Below, in pieces: positions 21,910-30,273 of a DNA stretch of 32,000 nucleotides. Under the pieces are notes generated by a model that searched no databases, had not been told where the DNA came from, and saw only the letters and a list, made by a program, of their open reading frames with translations. Location: contig CAZCCD010000002.1 in the NCBI GenBank assembly GCA_964497435.1, positions 1-32,000 on the forward strand, given 5' to 3'. How positions within the stretch are numbered: the first letter of the stretch is position 1; every line of letters begins with the position of its first letter. A program made the translations under genes and the position numbers. The DNA comes from Candidatus Woesearchaeota archaeon (lineage in GTDB: Archaea; Nanobdellota; Nanobdellia; Pacearchaeales; GW2011-AR1).

Positions 21910-22905
21910 TTAATCTCCCTTCCCTTCATCAACAACACCAGCATCAGTCACGAAGAAGACACATTCATTATCTGGAAGATTTGGAGAGTCAATTAATTTC
22001 GCAACTCTCGAACCTTGCTTCCCTCTCCTTAAATACATTCTATAGGTTGAATTGTGTCCGACAATATTCCCACCAATAGCAGTAGTCGGATCTCCAAACA
22101 TCTGTGCAGGGTTTGCCATTACTTGGTTAGTAACATAAACAGCAAGATTATGTGTCTCTGCTAATTTCATTAGTTCGTGCATATATCTATTTAATTTCTG
22201 CTGTCTATCTGCTAATTGTCCTCTGCCTGTAAATTCTGCCCTAAAATGAGCAGTCAAAGAATCTATGATAATTAATTTAATTGGCTCTCCATTCTTTATC
22301 ATTTCACTAACTTTCTCTAGTAATAAAATTTGGTGGTCTGAATTATAAGCACGGGCCACTAAAATATTTTTTAAGACTTTTTCAGGATTTGCTCCAAGAC
22401 TTTCTGCTATTTGTTTTATTCTTGAAGGTCTAAAAGTACCTTCTGAATCAATAAAAACAGCCTTCCCATTTGCACCTCCTTGTTCAGGAGGTAGTTGAAC
22501 GTTTACAGCCAAAGACAAACCCAGCTGTGTTTTCCCGCTACCATAAGCTCCGAATGCTTCTGTTATAGCCCTGCTTTCAATACCTCTCCCCCCAAGAAGT
22601 TCATTAAGATTTTTACTTCCTGTTGTTATATGATGGATATTTTTACGCCTCTCTGCAAATTCTGTCCCCTCTATAAAGCCCAGGTCTAACATTTCTCTTG
22701 CTGCCTGAATAGCTTTTCTTGCCACAGCAGAACTAACTCCAGCAGTATCAGCAAGAGTCGAAGGACTCATGACAGCTAAAGACATTAAATCAAAAACTCC
22801 TGCACCCTCAAGTTTAGCAGCAACAGCGGGCCCTATTCCTGGAAGATCTGTAAGGCCATGTTCTCTAGATTCTTTTTCCTTGCCTTCATCTTCTTTTTTA
22901 ACCAT
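21910..22905 (-). CDS. radA: DNA repair and recombination protein RadA
   Basis: N-terminal HhH (LTDLPGIGPAVAAKLEGAG), Walker A GAYGSGKTQ, Walker B LIIIDS. 331 aa. Confidence 0.95.
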   Translation of the reverse strand: MVKKEDEGKEKESREHGLTDLPGIGPAVAAKLEGAGVFDLMSLAVMSPSTLADTAGVSSAVARKAIQAAREMLDLGFIEGTEFAERRKNIHHITTGSKNLNELLGGRGIESRAITEAFGAYGSGKTQLGLSLAVNVQLPPEQGGANGKAVFIDSEGTFRPSRIKQIAESLGANPEKVLKNILVARAYNSDHQILLLEKVSEMIKNGEPIKLIIIDSLTAHFRAEFTGRGQLADRQQKLNRYMHELMKLAETHNLAVYVTNQVMANPAQMFGDPTTAIGGNIVGHNSTYRMYLRRGKQGSRVAKLIDSPNLPDNECVFFVTDAGVVDEGKGD

Positions 22906-22983
22906 TTTAAGTTTCTTTTTAAAATTTTACCATAAAAATTAAACATACTGAATTTAAAAGGATTTATGCAACGCTATATATAT

Positions 22984-23370
22984 TTAATCCCCTATCTCAA
23001 AAATAACAACTGCAGCAGAGTATTTTTTCTCGTGAGAAATACTAACTGACATGCTTCTAACTTTAAGTTTATCAACGATTTCCTTGCTTCTTCCATGTAG
23101 GATAAGATAAGGTTTTCCAGATTCTTCATGTCTTGTCTCTATATCAATAAACCTAACTCCTTGCTTATTTCCAGTCCCTAAAGCCTTCATTATTGCTTCT
23201 TTAGCAGCCCAATATCCTGAATATCTTTGAAATCTCGCTCTTCCATTACCATGCTCACATATTTCAATTTCATAATCTGTATAATTTCTTTTAGTAAATC
23301 TATCACCAAATTTGTTAATCAATCTTTCTATTCTTTCATTATCTACAAATTCTAACCCAGGTTTTATCAT
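22984..23370 (-). CDS. acpS: Holo-ACP synthase / 4'-phosphopantetheinyl transferase (AcpS type)
   Basis: 128 aa. YWAAKEAIMKALG and VSISHEKKYSAAVVIFE match AcpS signatures. The ATG lies 6 nt after the upstream gene's stop. Confidence 0.7.
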   Translation of the reverse strand: MIKPGLEFVDNERIERLINKFGDRFTKRNYTDYEIEICEHGNGRARFQRYSGYWAAKEAIMKALGTGNKQGVRFIDIETRHEESGKPYLILHGRSKEIVDKLKVRSMSVSISHEKKYSAAVVIFEIGD

Positions 23371-23376
23371 CTTAAA

Positions 23377-23835
23377 TTAAAATAAACCAGAAGCTCTCTC
23401 AATTAGTAAAAAAACATCAGCAATAATTAATCCTACGAAAATCCCTCTTTCTAACATGCTTCCTGTCTTAATTTTCCCTGCTGATTTCTTTTTTAAAGGA
23501 TAAAAAGGAATTATTCCTTGAATTGTAAAACTGTCTGCAAGCAAATGCAACCCATACCCAAGAAAAAATCCAAAAGCAGCAACAGGAAATATTAAAACTA
23601 AAATAACTGTCAAGGAAATCAAAAACGTAAAAGTGTGAATCATTCCTCTATGTTTTGTAAAAAAATTCAAAATCCTTACAATTGGCTTCTTGCCTATTGA
23701 AGAAAACCTTGAATCCATGTCAGGCAAAAAAGTCGCGATTAAAGCAACAGCAGAAAAAACTACCTTATTCTCCACAGCAGGGATAAACAATAAAATAAAA
23801 AATATTGTTATGGCTAGGTGTGTTTTTATGAGCAT
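23377..23835 (-). CDS. Membrane-bound metal-dependent hydrolase, YdjM/DUF457-like
   Basis: MLIKTHLAITIFF.. N-terminus, and His-containing TM helices (HRGMIHTF, GLHLLADS). Start moved to the ATG at 23835 so it no longer overlaps the hicA remnant. Confidence 0.6.
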   Translation of the reverse strand: MLIKTHLAITIFFILLFIPAVENKVVFSAVALIATFLPDMDSRFSSIGKKPIVRILNFFTKHRGMIHTFTFLISLTVILVLIFPVAAFGFFLGYGLHLLADSFTIQGIIPFYPLKKKSAGKIKTGSMLERGIFVGLIIADVFLLIERASGLF

Positions 23836-23839
23836 TTTA

Positions 23840-24033
23840 TTATAAATAATTCTCAAAATCTTCAACAGGAATTTTAGCTAATTTTAGAACACTTTTAAGA
23901 GTTCCAATTTTCAATTGTTTATGCATGGGCACAACAGTGCCAACCTTTACACCTGAAATATTTTTAGAAAGTCTAATATGACTTCCAGACCTCCCACTTA
24001 CTTATGCCCTGAGACTTTTCTCAATTTTGGCAT
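23840..24033 (-). pseudogene. hicA: Decayed hicA toxin gene (internal deletion plus frameshift)
   Basis: ATG at 24033 gives MPKLRKVSGHK*, a typical HicA N-terminus. The C-terminal part, VSGRSGSHIRLSKNISGVKVGTVVPMHKQLKIGTLKSVLKLAKIPVEDFENYL*, lies in another frame (24001..23840) with no start codon. About 15 residues between SG and GSH are missing. Confidence 0.6.
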
Positions 24034-24241
24034 GCTTTAACACCTCAAACAATGTGATAATAGGTTTTGTGTTATCTACAGAAACCGGAAATTCTTCTAA
24101 ATACAATTCAGTGGCCTCTTTTAAATTTGCAACAGCTTCTTCTACTGTCTTTCCTTGACTAACTGTTCCTATCTCAGGACACTCTGCTATAAACATATCT
24201 TCTTCCTTTCTAAGAACCGCACTAAATGTTTGTTTTTCCAT
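24002..24241 (-). CDS. hicB: HicB-family antitoxin (UPF0150 fold)
   Basis: FIAECPEIGTVSQGKTVEEAVANLKEATELYLEE. 79 aa. TATA-like box at 24263-24273. Confidence 0.75.
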   Translation of the reverse strand: MEKQTFSAVLRKEEDMFIAECPEIGTVSQGKTVEEAVANLKEATELYLEEFPVSVDNTKPIITLFEVLKHAKIEKSLRA

Positions 24242-24262
24242 GATTAAAAAATAAGAAAGAAG

Positions 24263-24273
24263 TATTTAAATAT
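24263..24273 (-). promoter_or_regulatory. TATA-like box for hicB
   Basis: tatttaaatat centred about 27 nt upstream of the ATG at 24241. Confidence 0.35.
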
Positions 24274-24331
24274 TATGTGTTACTTTTTCCTAACTAAAAA
24301 ATCTTCTTAAGCCAATTAATAAATTTTTTTA

Positions 24332-25285
24332 TTAAACTTTCTCTTTTTCAAGCCTTTCTATAACCTCATCAACATCAACTTCCTTAACTTCATCTAATAT
24401 TAATTCTAAATTGTTAAAAAATTTGTTAGTTCTCACATTTCCTATAAAAACCATTTCCTTACCAAGCAAAGAACTTCTCTGAGAAATTAGTTCATCAGGA
24501 TCGTCTAAAGCTGTTATTCCTAAACCATTAAGAGTGTTGCTAAATGCCACTGCCCTAATGCTTTCTGTCCCATCATCAATAACAAAATTTATCAAAGCTT
24601 TTTTTTCAGAAGCAACTTTTCCATGTTCAGAACATACAAACCCTTCTGCTCCAGAAACAACTTTTTTCCCGCATTCAGAACAAACATGAAAAAATCTAGG
24701 CTCAAAAGTCTGAACAATAAATGCCCTTGTCCTTGCTACGTCAGAAACTCTAAAATCAAAAATTTTTTTCTCTCTAATAACTCTTTCAGTAATGACTCTA
24801 GAAAAATCCTCGTTGCTAATTTTTAATTCTGAAAAACTTCCAAGATGTATTTCATTATCTCTTACAGAGCCATTTTTAATTTCAATAACGCTTCCTTCTT
24901 TTAAATCCTCATTTTCAAGAAGAGAAATATGATTAGTATCCCACAAAACAACCTTAATATTAGAAGTATCATCAGCAACAACAAAGTTTGCGACTTTTGA
25001 TTCTTCTCCTTTTCTATTCACATAATTTCTAACTATAGGCTTGTTTATTATTTTTCCAATAACATTAGCATTCCTCATTCCAGACAACAATTCCTCAATC
25101 TTAAGTTTTTCCTTTTCAAAAGAAATTCCTAACTCAGAGGCAACAACCTGGGCAGCTCCTTCTTTAGTTATTAATCCAGAAAGTCTTGAAATCTTAGCCT
25201 CAACTCTCCTTTCTATCTCGCTAATATCTAATCCAGAAGTTTTTGATATTCTCTCTACTATCTTATCGTAATTTTTGTCTGTCAT
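24332..25285 (-). CDS. Replication protein A (ssDNA-binding, OB folds plus zinc finger)
   Basis: N-terminus ..ISRLSGLITKEGAAQVVASELGI, OB-fold segments, and CSECGKKV..CSEHG zinc finger. 317 aa. Confidence 0.8.
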   Translation of the reverse strand: MTDKNYDKIVERISKTSGLDISEIERRVEAKISRLSGLITKEGAAQVVASELGISFEKEKLKIEELLSGMRNANVIGKIINKPIVRNYVNRKGEESKVANFVVADDTSNIKVVLWDTNHISLLENEDLKEGSVIEIKNGSVRDNEIHLGSFSELKISNEDFSRVITERVIREKKIFDFRVSDVARTRAFIVQTFEPRFFHVCSECGKKVVSGAEGFVCSEHGKVASEKKALINFVIDDGTESIRAVAFSNTLNGLGITALDDPDELISQRSSLLGKEMVFIGNVRTNKFFNNLELILDEVKEVDVDEVIERLEKEKV

Positions 25286-25380
25286 TTTATTAAATATAAA
25301 ACCAATTTTTAAAAACTTAGATGAGAAAAAACCCTTATTTATAAGTATTATTGTTAATTAAAGAATAATCCATAATGTCT

Positions 25381-25689
25381 CTAAGATTTAGGGGAAAATA
25401 CAATAATCATCGCAATAAAAGAAAAGATAAGGGCTAAAAAAGAAAATAATAAAGTCCACCAAAACCACCTTAATTTCTTATATCTGTCTTTCTTAAAAAT
25501 CACAAAATAATAAATTAACGCTCCTAAAATCCCGAGAAAAATATTTGCTAAAATCCAGACTATTTTATCACTACCATTTTTAAACTTTCTTGTTAAATTA
25601 TCGATTAACATTAGTATCCAAAAAACAATTAATAAGGCAACAACTAGTATAAGAGATATTATAAAAAAAGCTCCAAATGCTAATACCAT
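25381..25689 (-). CDS. Small membrane protein with PLD-nuclease N-terminal (PLDc_N) type domain
   Basis: WILMLIDNL..KIVWILANIFLGILGALIYYFV pattern. 102 aa with 3 TM helices. Confidence 0.55.
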   Translation of the reverse strand: MVLAFGAFFIISLILVVALLIVFWILMLIDNLTRKFKNGSDKIVWILANIFLGILGALIYYFVIFKKDRYKKLRWFWWTLLFSFLALIFSFIAMIIVFSPKS

Positions 25690-25830
25690 AAAGCCAAAAA
25701 GATAAAGTAATTTATAAATTTATTGAGGAAATTGTCTCACTAACATTCTAGATTAAAGATAGATAATATAAACTTATCTTAATAAATCATTAAAATTTAA
25801 AGGCTTTTATTTATCTCTTTCTATAAATTA

Positions 25831-25866
25831 ATAAATAAATCTACGAATCAGCAATTTGAAATAAAA
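25831..25866 (+). repeat. Short copy of the family-1 repeat
   Basis: ataaataaatctacgaatcagcaatttgaaataaaa: aaatct[ac]gaa and cagcaattt.gaaa match 1741-1778. Confidence 0.45.
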
Positions 25867-25871
25867 GTAAT

Positions 25872-25879
25872 ATTTATAA
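25872..25879 (+). promoter_or_regulatory. TATA-like box for CDS 25902..26129
   Basis: ATTTATAA centred about 26 nt upstream of the ATG. Confidence 0.35.
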
Positions 25880-25901
25880 CAAATAAAATCATTATATTAA
25901 A

Positions 25902-26129
25902 ATGAAAACTAAAGATCTCTTATTAATAAAAACATCGAAAATTGTATTATTTTTTATTTTGCCACTATCTCTTTTATTTCTCTCATTAAGCTTTCCTTCT
26001 TTAACAGGTTTCTCAATTAATTCTGAAATAAAATTAGTAAGCGGAAGTTTGCTTGCAATAGCAGTTGTATTTTTTATTTTCCTGCTTTTTCTAATACAAA
26101 TCAGACCAAAACCTTATAAATCATATTAA
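25902..26129 (+). CDS. Small membrane protein (2 TM), unknown function
   Basis: 75 aa with a promoter-like box at the correct spacing. Confidence 0.4.
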   Translation: MKTKDLLLIKTSKIVLFFILPLSLLFLSLSFPSLTGFSINSEIKLVSGSLLAIAVVFFIFLLFLIQIRPKPYKSY

Positions 26130-26141
26130 TCAAATTCATTA

Positions 26142-26417
26142 ATGAATCATGGTATAATTGGAGTTAAAATCAAGATAATGCCAGTCTCTCCGGAAGTTAA
26201 CTTAAAGGAAATAGAAAAAAAAGTCAAAGAATTAATAGAAAAAAATAACGGAATAAATAGAAAATATGAAATAGAGCCAGTTGCTTTTGGGTTAAGAGCC
26301 TTAATAGCTTTCTTTGAATGGCCAGAGGAAAAAGAACTCGAGCCTCTTGAAGAAAAAGTGAAAAAAATAAAAGATGTTTCTTCTATCCAAATAATTGACA
26401 TGAGGAAAATTGCTTAA
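26142..26417 (+). CDS. ef1b: Elongation factor 1-beta (aEF-1beta)
   Basis: KIKIMPVSPEVNL.. and EPVAFGLRAL motifs. 91 aa. Confidence 0.85.
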   Translation: MNHGIIGVKIKIMPVSPEVNLKEIEKKVKELIEKNNGINRKYEIEPVAFGLRALIAFFEWPEEKELEPLEEKVKKIKDVSSIQIIDMRKIA

Positions 26418-26444
26418 CCTTACAAAAAATTATCAAAATGTACT

Positions 26445-26924
26445 ATGGAAAGCATTGATAAGATTATTGGAAAAATAGATGAATTGCAATTATATGCAGA
26501 ACAAAAAGCAAGAAAAATGGGATTAAGGAAAGATATTAAAGTAGGTTTTAATCCAAGAATGTGGCCGGATGGAAGCATAACTTTTCCTAACACCGACGAA
26601 GGAGCTTATTTGATACTACTAAAAAAACTTAAAGAGCCGATAGTTGACCATGAATTAGGGCATGCATACGTTCATGAAAATTTTCCAAGATTAGAAAGAT
26701 TTTTTGATAAAATATCAAAACCAGGACATATTTTAAGTGCATTAACATTTAGGGGTTCTACAGAAATTTATGTGGGTCTTATGCTCACTCTTTCTTTTCT
26801 AAGTTTATTTGATGGTTATAAGAATCTAGCTCTAATCTCAATACCCGGCTCCTCTATTCTTTTACCATATCTCACAGAAGAAGCAATAGCAGAGCATATT
26901 GGCAGAAAATATAAAAATAATTGA
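26445..26924 (+). CDS. Hypothetical protein with HExxH zinc-metallopeptidase-like motif and hydrophobic C-terminal half
   Basis: IVDHELGHAYVHE. 159 aa. Confidence 0.45.
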   Translation: MESIDKIIGKIDELQLYAEQKARKMGLRKDIKVGFNPRMWPDGSITFPNTDEGAYLILLKKLKEPIVDHELGHAYVHENFPRLERFFDKISKPGHILSALTFRGSTEIYVGLMLTLSFLSLFDGYKNLALISIPGSSILLPYLTEEAIAEHIGRKYKNN

Positions 26925-26938
26925 ATACTTCTAATAAA

Positions 26939-27547
26939 ATGATTACAAAAAAACAAGCAGAACAAATAAAAAAACAGCTCCTTGAACAAATAGATAAGTC
27001 AGATATTCCAAACAAAGAAGAATTAAAATCTTCTATTGAATCAATGTCTCCTCAAGAACTTGAAGAATTTTTAAAGAAAAATAAATTAATAAAATCTCAA
27101 GGTGAATGCATTTTTTGTTCTATAATAGATAACAAAATTCCTTCATATAAGTTGGCTGAAAATAAAGAAGCCATTGCTGTGCTTGAAATAAATCCTATTT
27201 CAAAAGGACATACATTAATAATTCCAAAAACTCATTCAGATAAAGCATCAAAAAACTCTTACGATCTCGCAGAAGAGATGGCTTTAATAATATCTAAAGC
27301 ATTTACTCTTTCTAGAGTTGACATAATTCCCTCAATTTTATTTGACCATGAAATAATAAATGTCCTTCCTGTATACAAAGACGAGAGTCTTAATTCAAAA
27401 AGGAAAAAACATAGCGAAAAAGAGCTTGAAGAAATCCAAAACCAAATGCTTAAAGTTAAAGAAGAAAAACATCAAGAAAAACCAAAAGAAAAGAAAATCC
27501 ATGTTTTTACAGACAAAGATACGTGGCTACCAAAAAGAATTCCATAA
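26939..27547 (+). CDS. HIT-family protein with a degenerate histidine triad and an N-terminal coiled extension
   Basis: CIFCSIIDNKIPSYKLAENKEAIAVLEINPISKGHTLIIPKTH is a typical HIT N-terminal half. The position of HxHxHxx reads FDHEIINVLP. Confidence 0.6.
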   Translation: MITKKQAEQIKKQLLEQIDKSDIPNKEELKSSIESMSPQELEEFLKKNKLIKSQGECIFCSIIDNKIPSYKLAENKEAIAVLEINPISKGHTLIIPKTHSDKASKNSYDLAEEMALIISKAFTLSRVDIIPSILFDHEIINVLPVYKDESLNSKRKKHSEKELEEIQNQMLKVKEEKHQEKPKEKKIHVFTDKDTWLPKRIP

Positions 27548-28363
27548 TCCAGTATTCCATAAATAAAATAATATTAAAAGCGATATTAAAAAAACAGGGA
27601 CAAAGACTATACCTTGTTTAATCTTAATTTTTTTGTATTTTTTCCTTATTAGTTTTATCTCCTCACGATTAAGGCCTTCCCAGTTTGGCTTAATAATCTT
27701 TTTTCCAACCTTAACACTTTTATACAACCAATCTCCTTCTGTCAAAACATTTGTTTTTGTTTCCCTAATCATACAAATACCATCGACAGTCCTAGCATAA
27801 ATATAAAGATAAGGCATAATCAAAAGTATAAAACCAACTATGAGGAAAATGCTCTCTAAAAAACCAAACAATATTATTAACAAACTAAATATCATAACAA
27901 TGAATATTTTATTTTTTTCTTTTTTTAAATTTGTTTTAAATGCTTTATTAAATTCTTTATATTTTCTAAAACTCAAATAAATGGCAGTTATAATGCCATA
28001 AAATGATCCTATAAAAAGGAAAAGGAAAATAAAAATGACAAAGATTCTCAAATTATAAGAGAAAATATCTGTAAAAGGCAGAACACTTCCTAAAGCAATC
28101 ATTAATTTTGCATCTCCTCCTGCAAATATCCTCGAATAATAAAAAATATTTCCTATAGCAAAGAAAATTAGCAAGCCTATTAATCCCTGATAAAAAAATC
28201 CAAAATCATCATTAAAAAGACTGAAAAAAAACCTAAATCCTAATGCAAAAATCACTAAAGAAAAACTTATCCAATTCGGGATTTCCCTAGTTTTTATATC
28301 AGTAATGCTGGCAAAAACAATCCATATTAAAGCTAATAAAAAAAGTATTATCACCTCTATCAT
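27527..28363 (-). CDS. Type IV prepilin/preflagellin peptidase (A24 family, archaeal type with C-terminal domain)
   Basis: First catalytic Asp in SITDIKTREIPNW, second in the GxGD-type motif FAGGDAKLMIALG. Polytopic membrane protein, 278 aa. Confidence 0.8.
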   Translation of the reverse strand: MIEVIILFLLALIWIVFASITDIKTREIPNWISFSLVIFALGFRFFFSLFNDDFGFFYQGLIGLLIFFAIGNIFYYSRIFAGGDAKLMIALGSVLPFTDIFSYNLRIFVIFIFLFLFIGSFYGIITAIYLSFRKYKEFNKAFKTNLKKEKNKIFIVMIFSLLIILFGFLESIFLIVGFILLIMPYLYIYARTVDGICMIRETKTNVLTEGDWLYKSVKVGKKIIKPNWEGLNREEIKLIRKKYKKIKIKQGIVFVPVFLISLLILFYLWNTGLWNSFW

Positions 28364-28491
28364 GTTTTAAATAAAGAAAAAGTGTTTATAATTATTTTGC
28401 ATAAAGGTTTCTTAATAAGTTAGGAATTCTTAAGTTTATTTAGATTAGTATTAGTGATATAAAGAATTAATTATAGTGAGAAGTTTTCTAT

Positions 28492-28537
28492 GTTAACAAT
28501 TAAATAAATCTGCGAACAGAGTGAGACTAAATAATTT
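28492..28537 (+). repeat. Intergenic twin of the bud32-internal family-1 repeat
   Basis: gttaacaattaa (28492-28503), aaatctgcgaac (28506-28517), agtgag and ctaaataa blocks occur in the same order as 5924-5970. Confidence 0.6.
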
Positions 28538-28566
28538 CTTGGGTTTTTAGTAAAAAATATCTTCAA

Positions 28567-28683
28567 TCACCTTCTAAAAACATCTAGACTTCGTTTTCCG
28601 CCGCCTTTTCTATAAGGATGTTTCTTCTTTTCCCTGAACTTACTCTTTTTCTTGTTTCTTTTTTCACTAAATCCATAATCCAT
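28567..28683 (-). CDS. Possible very basic 38-aa micro-protein (below the ORF-track size cutoff)
   Basis: Hand translation: MDYGFSEKRNKKKSKFREKKKHPYRKGGGKRSLDVFRR*. It starts 21 nt after the upstream gene's stop, with an AGAGG about 14 nt upstream of the ATG. Confidence 0.3.
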   Translation of the reverse strand: MDYGFSEKRNKKKSKFREKKKHPYRKGGGKRSLDVFRR

Positions 28684-28704
28684 ATTAATCAATTAAGCCT
28701 CTTT

Positions 28705-29397
28705 TTAACTTTTAAATGCTTCTTTTAAATTATCTACAAAAGCATGCAAGACACCTCTTTCAGACCTCTCCCTCATTCTTTCAAAGTCTTCTTTTTTATT
28801 CTTAGAGAAAATCCCTAGTTGTCCAATTACCTTATACACAATAACCATAAAAATAATCACTACAAAGAAAAGAAGTAATGACCAAAACCACGCATCTGTC
28901 AAAAAAACAATCCAAACAAAAGATTCTGCTATTGCTCTTAATATTCCGATTTGAGCGAGGGCTATTGTCAAACCTAGTGATATTATAAAAGAAGTTCCTA
29001 ATGAAAAAGAAAGAAAAACTGAAAATATCTCTTTAAACTTAAACACAAAAAAAATCCATAAAATAATGACAAAAAATAATGCAAGAGATAATGAATATGG
29101 CTCTCCAAAAAGAACTAAGAAAACAGGGCTTATGGCTGTAAAAAAATAATTAAAACCATTAATAACAGGATTTTTAAGCAAAATCCTTCTTAACTCCTCC
29201 CCAATATATCCTGCATTGCTGTCAGCTATTTCTCCTTGAATATCTTCAATTTTGTCAACTCCTTCTGTTAATTGCTCGTTAGTTTTTTCAAGATCTTGAA
29301 TCTCATCTAAACCATCCTGAACTGCATTGACAAATACAAAAGAAAATGTAAATACCAATGCAAAGAATATAACAAACAAAAACCTATTTTTCCCCAT
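28705..29397 (-). CDS. Unknown polytopic membrane protein with signal peptide and acidic coiled extracellular segment
   Basis: MGKNRFLFVIFFALVFTFSFVFVNA|V, then a DE-rich segment, then about 5 TM helices. 230 aa. Confidence 0.55.
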   Translation of the reverse strand: MGKNRFLFVIFFALVFTFSFVFVNAVQDGLDEIQDLEKTNEQLTEGVDKIEDIQGEIADSNAGYIGEELRRILLKNPVINGFNYFFTAISPVFLVLFGEPYSLSLALFFVIILWIFFVFKFKEIFSVFLSFSLGTSFIISLGLTIALAQIGILRAIAESFVWIVFLTDAWFWSLLLFFVVIIFMVIVYKVIGQLGIFSKNKKEDFERMRERSERGVLHAFVDNLKEAFKS

Positions 29398-29432
29398 TAA
29401 AATAATAATTAATAGAAATTTTTAAACCTTGG

Positions 29433-30017
29433 CTATGGTCCTCTCCTTCGCCTTCCCCTAAAACTTCTCTGTATCTTTCTTAATCCAGTTATTGCGGCAG
29501 CAGCTTCATCAGCAGATTCAATTGCCTTAATCTCCTCAACCTGACCCTTCCTTTTTGCAGCCCATCTAGCAATCATATTGCTTCCAAGAGTCAATCCAAT
29601 AAATATGATCAAAGCAACTATTAGAGCTAAAAATATTCCAATAGCTCCTAAGGCTGCTGTAATAGAAAGCATGAAAATAGCAATCTTATTAACCACCCCT
29701 ATAATAGAAACAGCAATTCCAATTCCTGCGGCAATTGTATATTGTACCCATGGAGTCCGAAAAAACATCATTAATTGCAAAATGTCATACATTCCTGCAA
29801 AAATAATAGCCATAACTATTACTCCCAAAATAACTTCTTTCCATGATCCACCCAGGTTAAAAAAAGAAACAGCCCCTGAATACCATCTTCCAGACTCAAT
29901 AGAATTATCTATAAAGACATTAACCTCTGCACTTACCAATCCTACGAAAGATAAAAAAATCCCTAGCAACAATAACAAACTAAAAAATCTTCTCTTCCTA
30001 TCCTCTTTTTTATTCAT
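29433..30017 (-). CDS. Unknown polytopic membrane protein with signal peptide and Arg-rich C-terminal tail
   Basis: ..LLLLLGIFLSFVGLVSA|E, about 4 TM helices, C-terminus RSFRGRRRRGP. 194 aa. Confidence 0.55.
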   Translation of the reverse strand: MNKKEDRKRRFFSLLLLLGIFLSFVGLVSAEVNVFIDNSIESGRWYSGAVSFFNLGGSWKEVILGVIVMAIIFAGMYDILQLMMFFRTPWVQYTIAAGIGIAVSIIGVVNKIAIFMLSITAALGAIGIFLALIVALIIFIGLTLGSNMIARWAAKRKGQVEEIKAIESADEAAAAITGLRKIQRSFRGRRRRGP

Positions 30018-30273
30018 AAATAAAATAAACTCTTAATGTTTATAAACATTTCTTTAGAAAAATAGCAGCTCGCAATCTCGCTGATTGTATTATAAATAAG
30101 ACTGATTAATAAAGAGAGAGTAAGTTAGCAAATCTTAGATATGACTATCTACAAATTTATTCATTAAAGTTAAATTAAGCATAATAATCTTGGGCATCTA
30201 AATCTAAAAAATTAATGCTCAGAAAAGATCGTAGTTATTGTTAAGCTATAAACTTGATTAAATACATCTACAT

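Noticed and set aside
23990-24035. Programmed frameshift producing a full HicA
   Set aside because: No slippery heptamer is present. Even after a frame change, about 15 conserved residues between the SG and GSH motifs would be missing, so decay is the simpler explanation.
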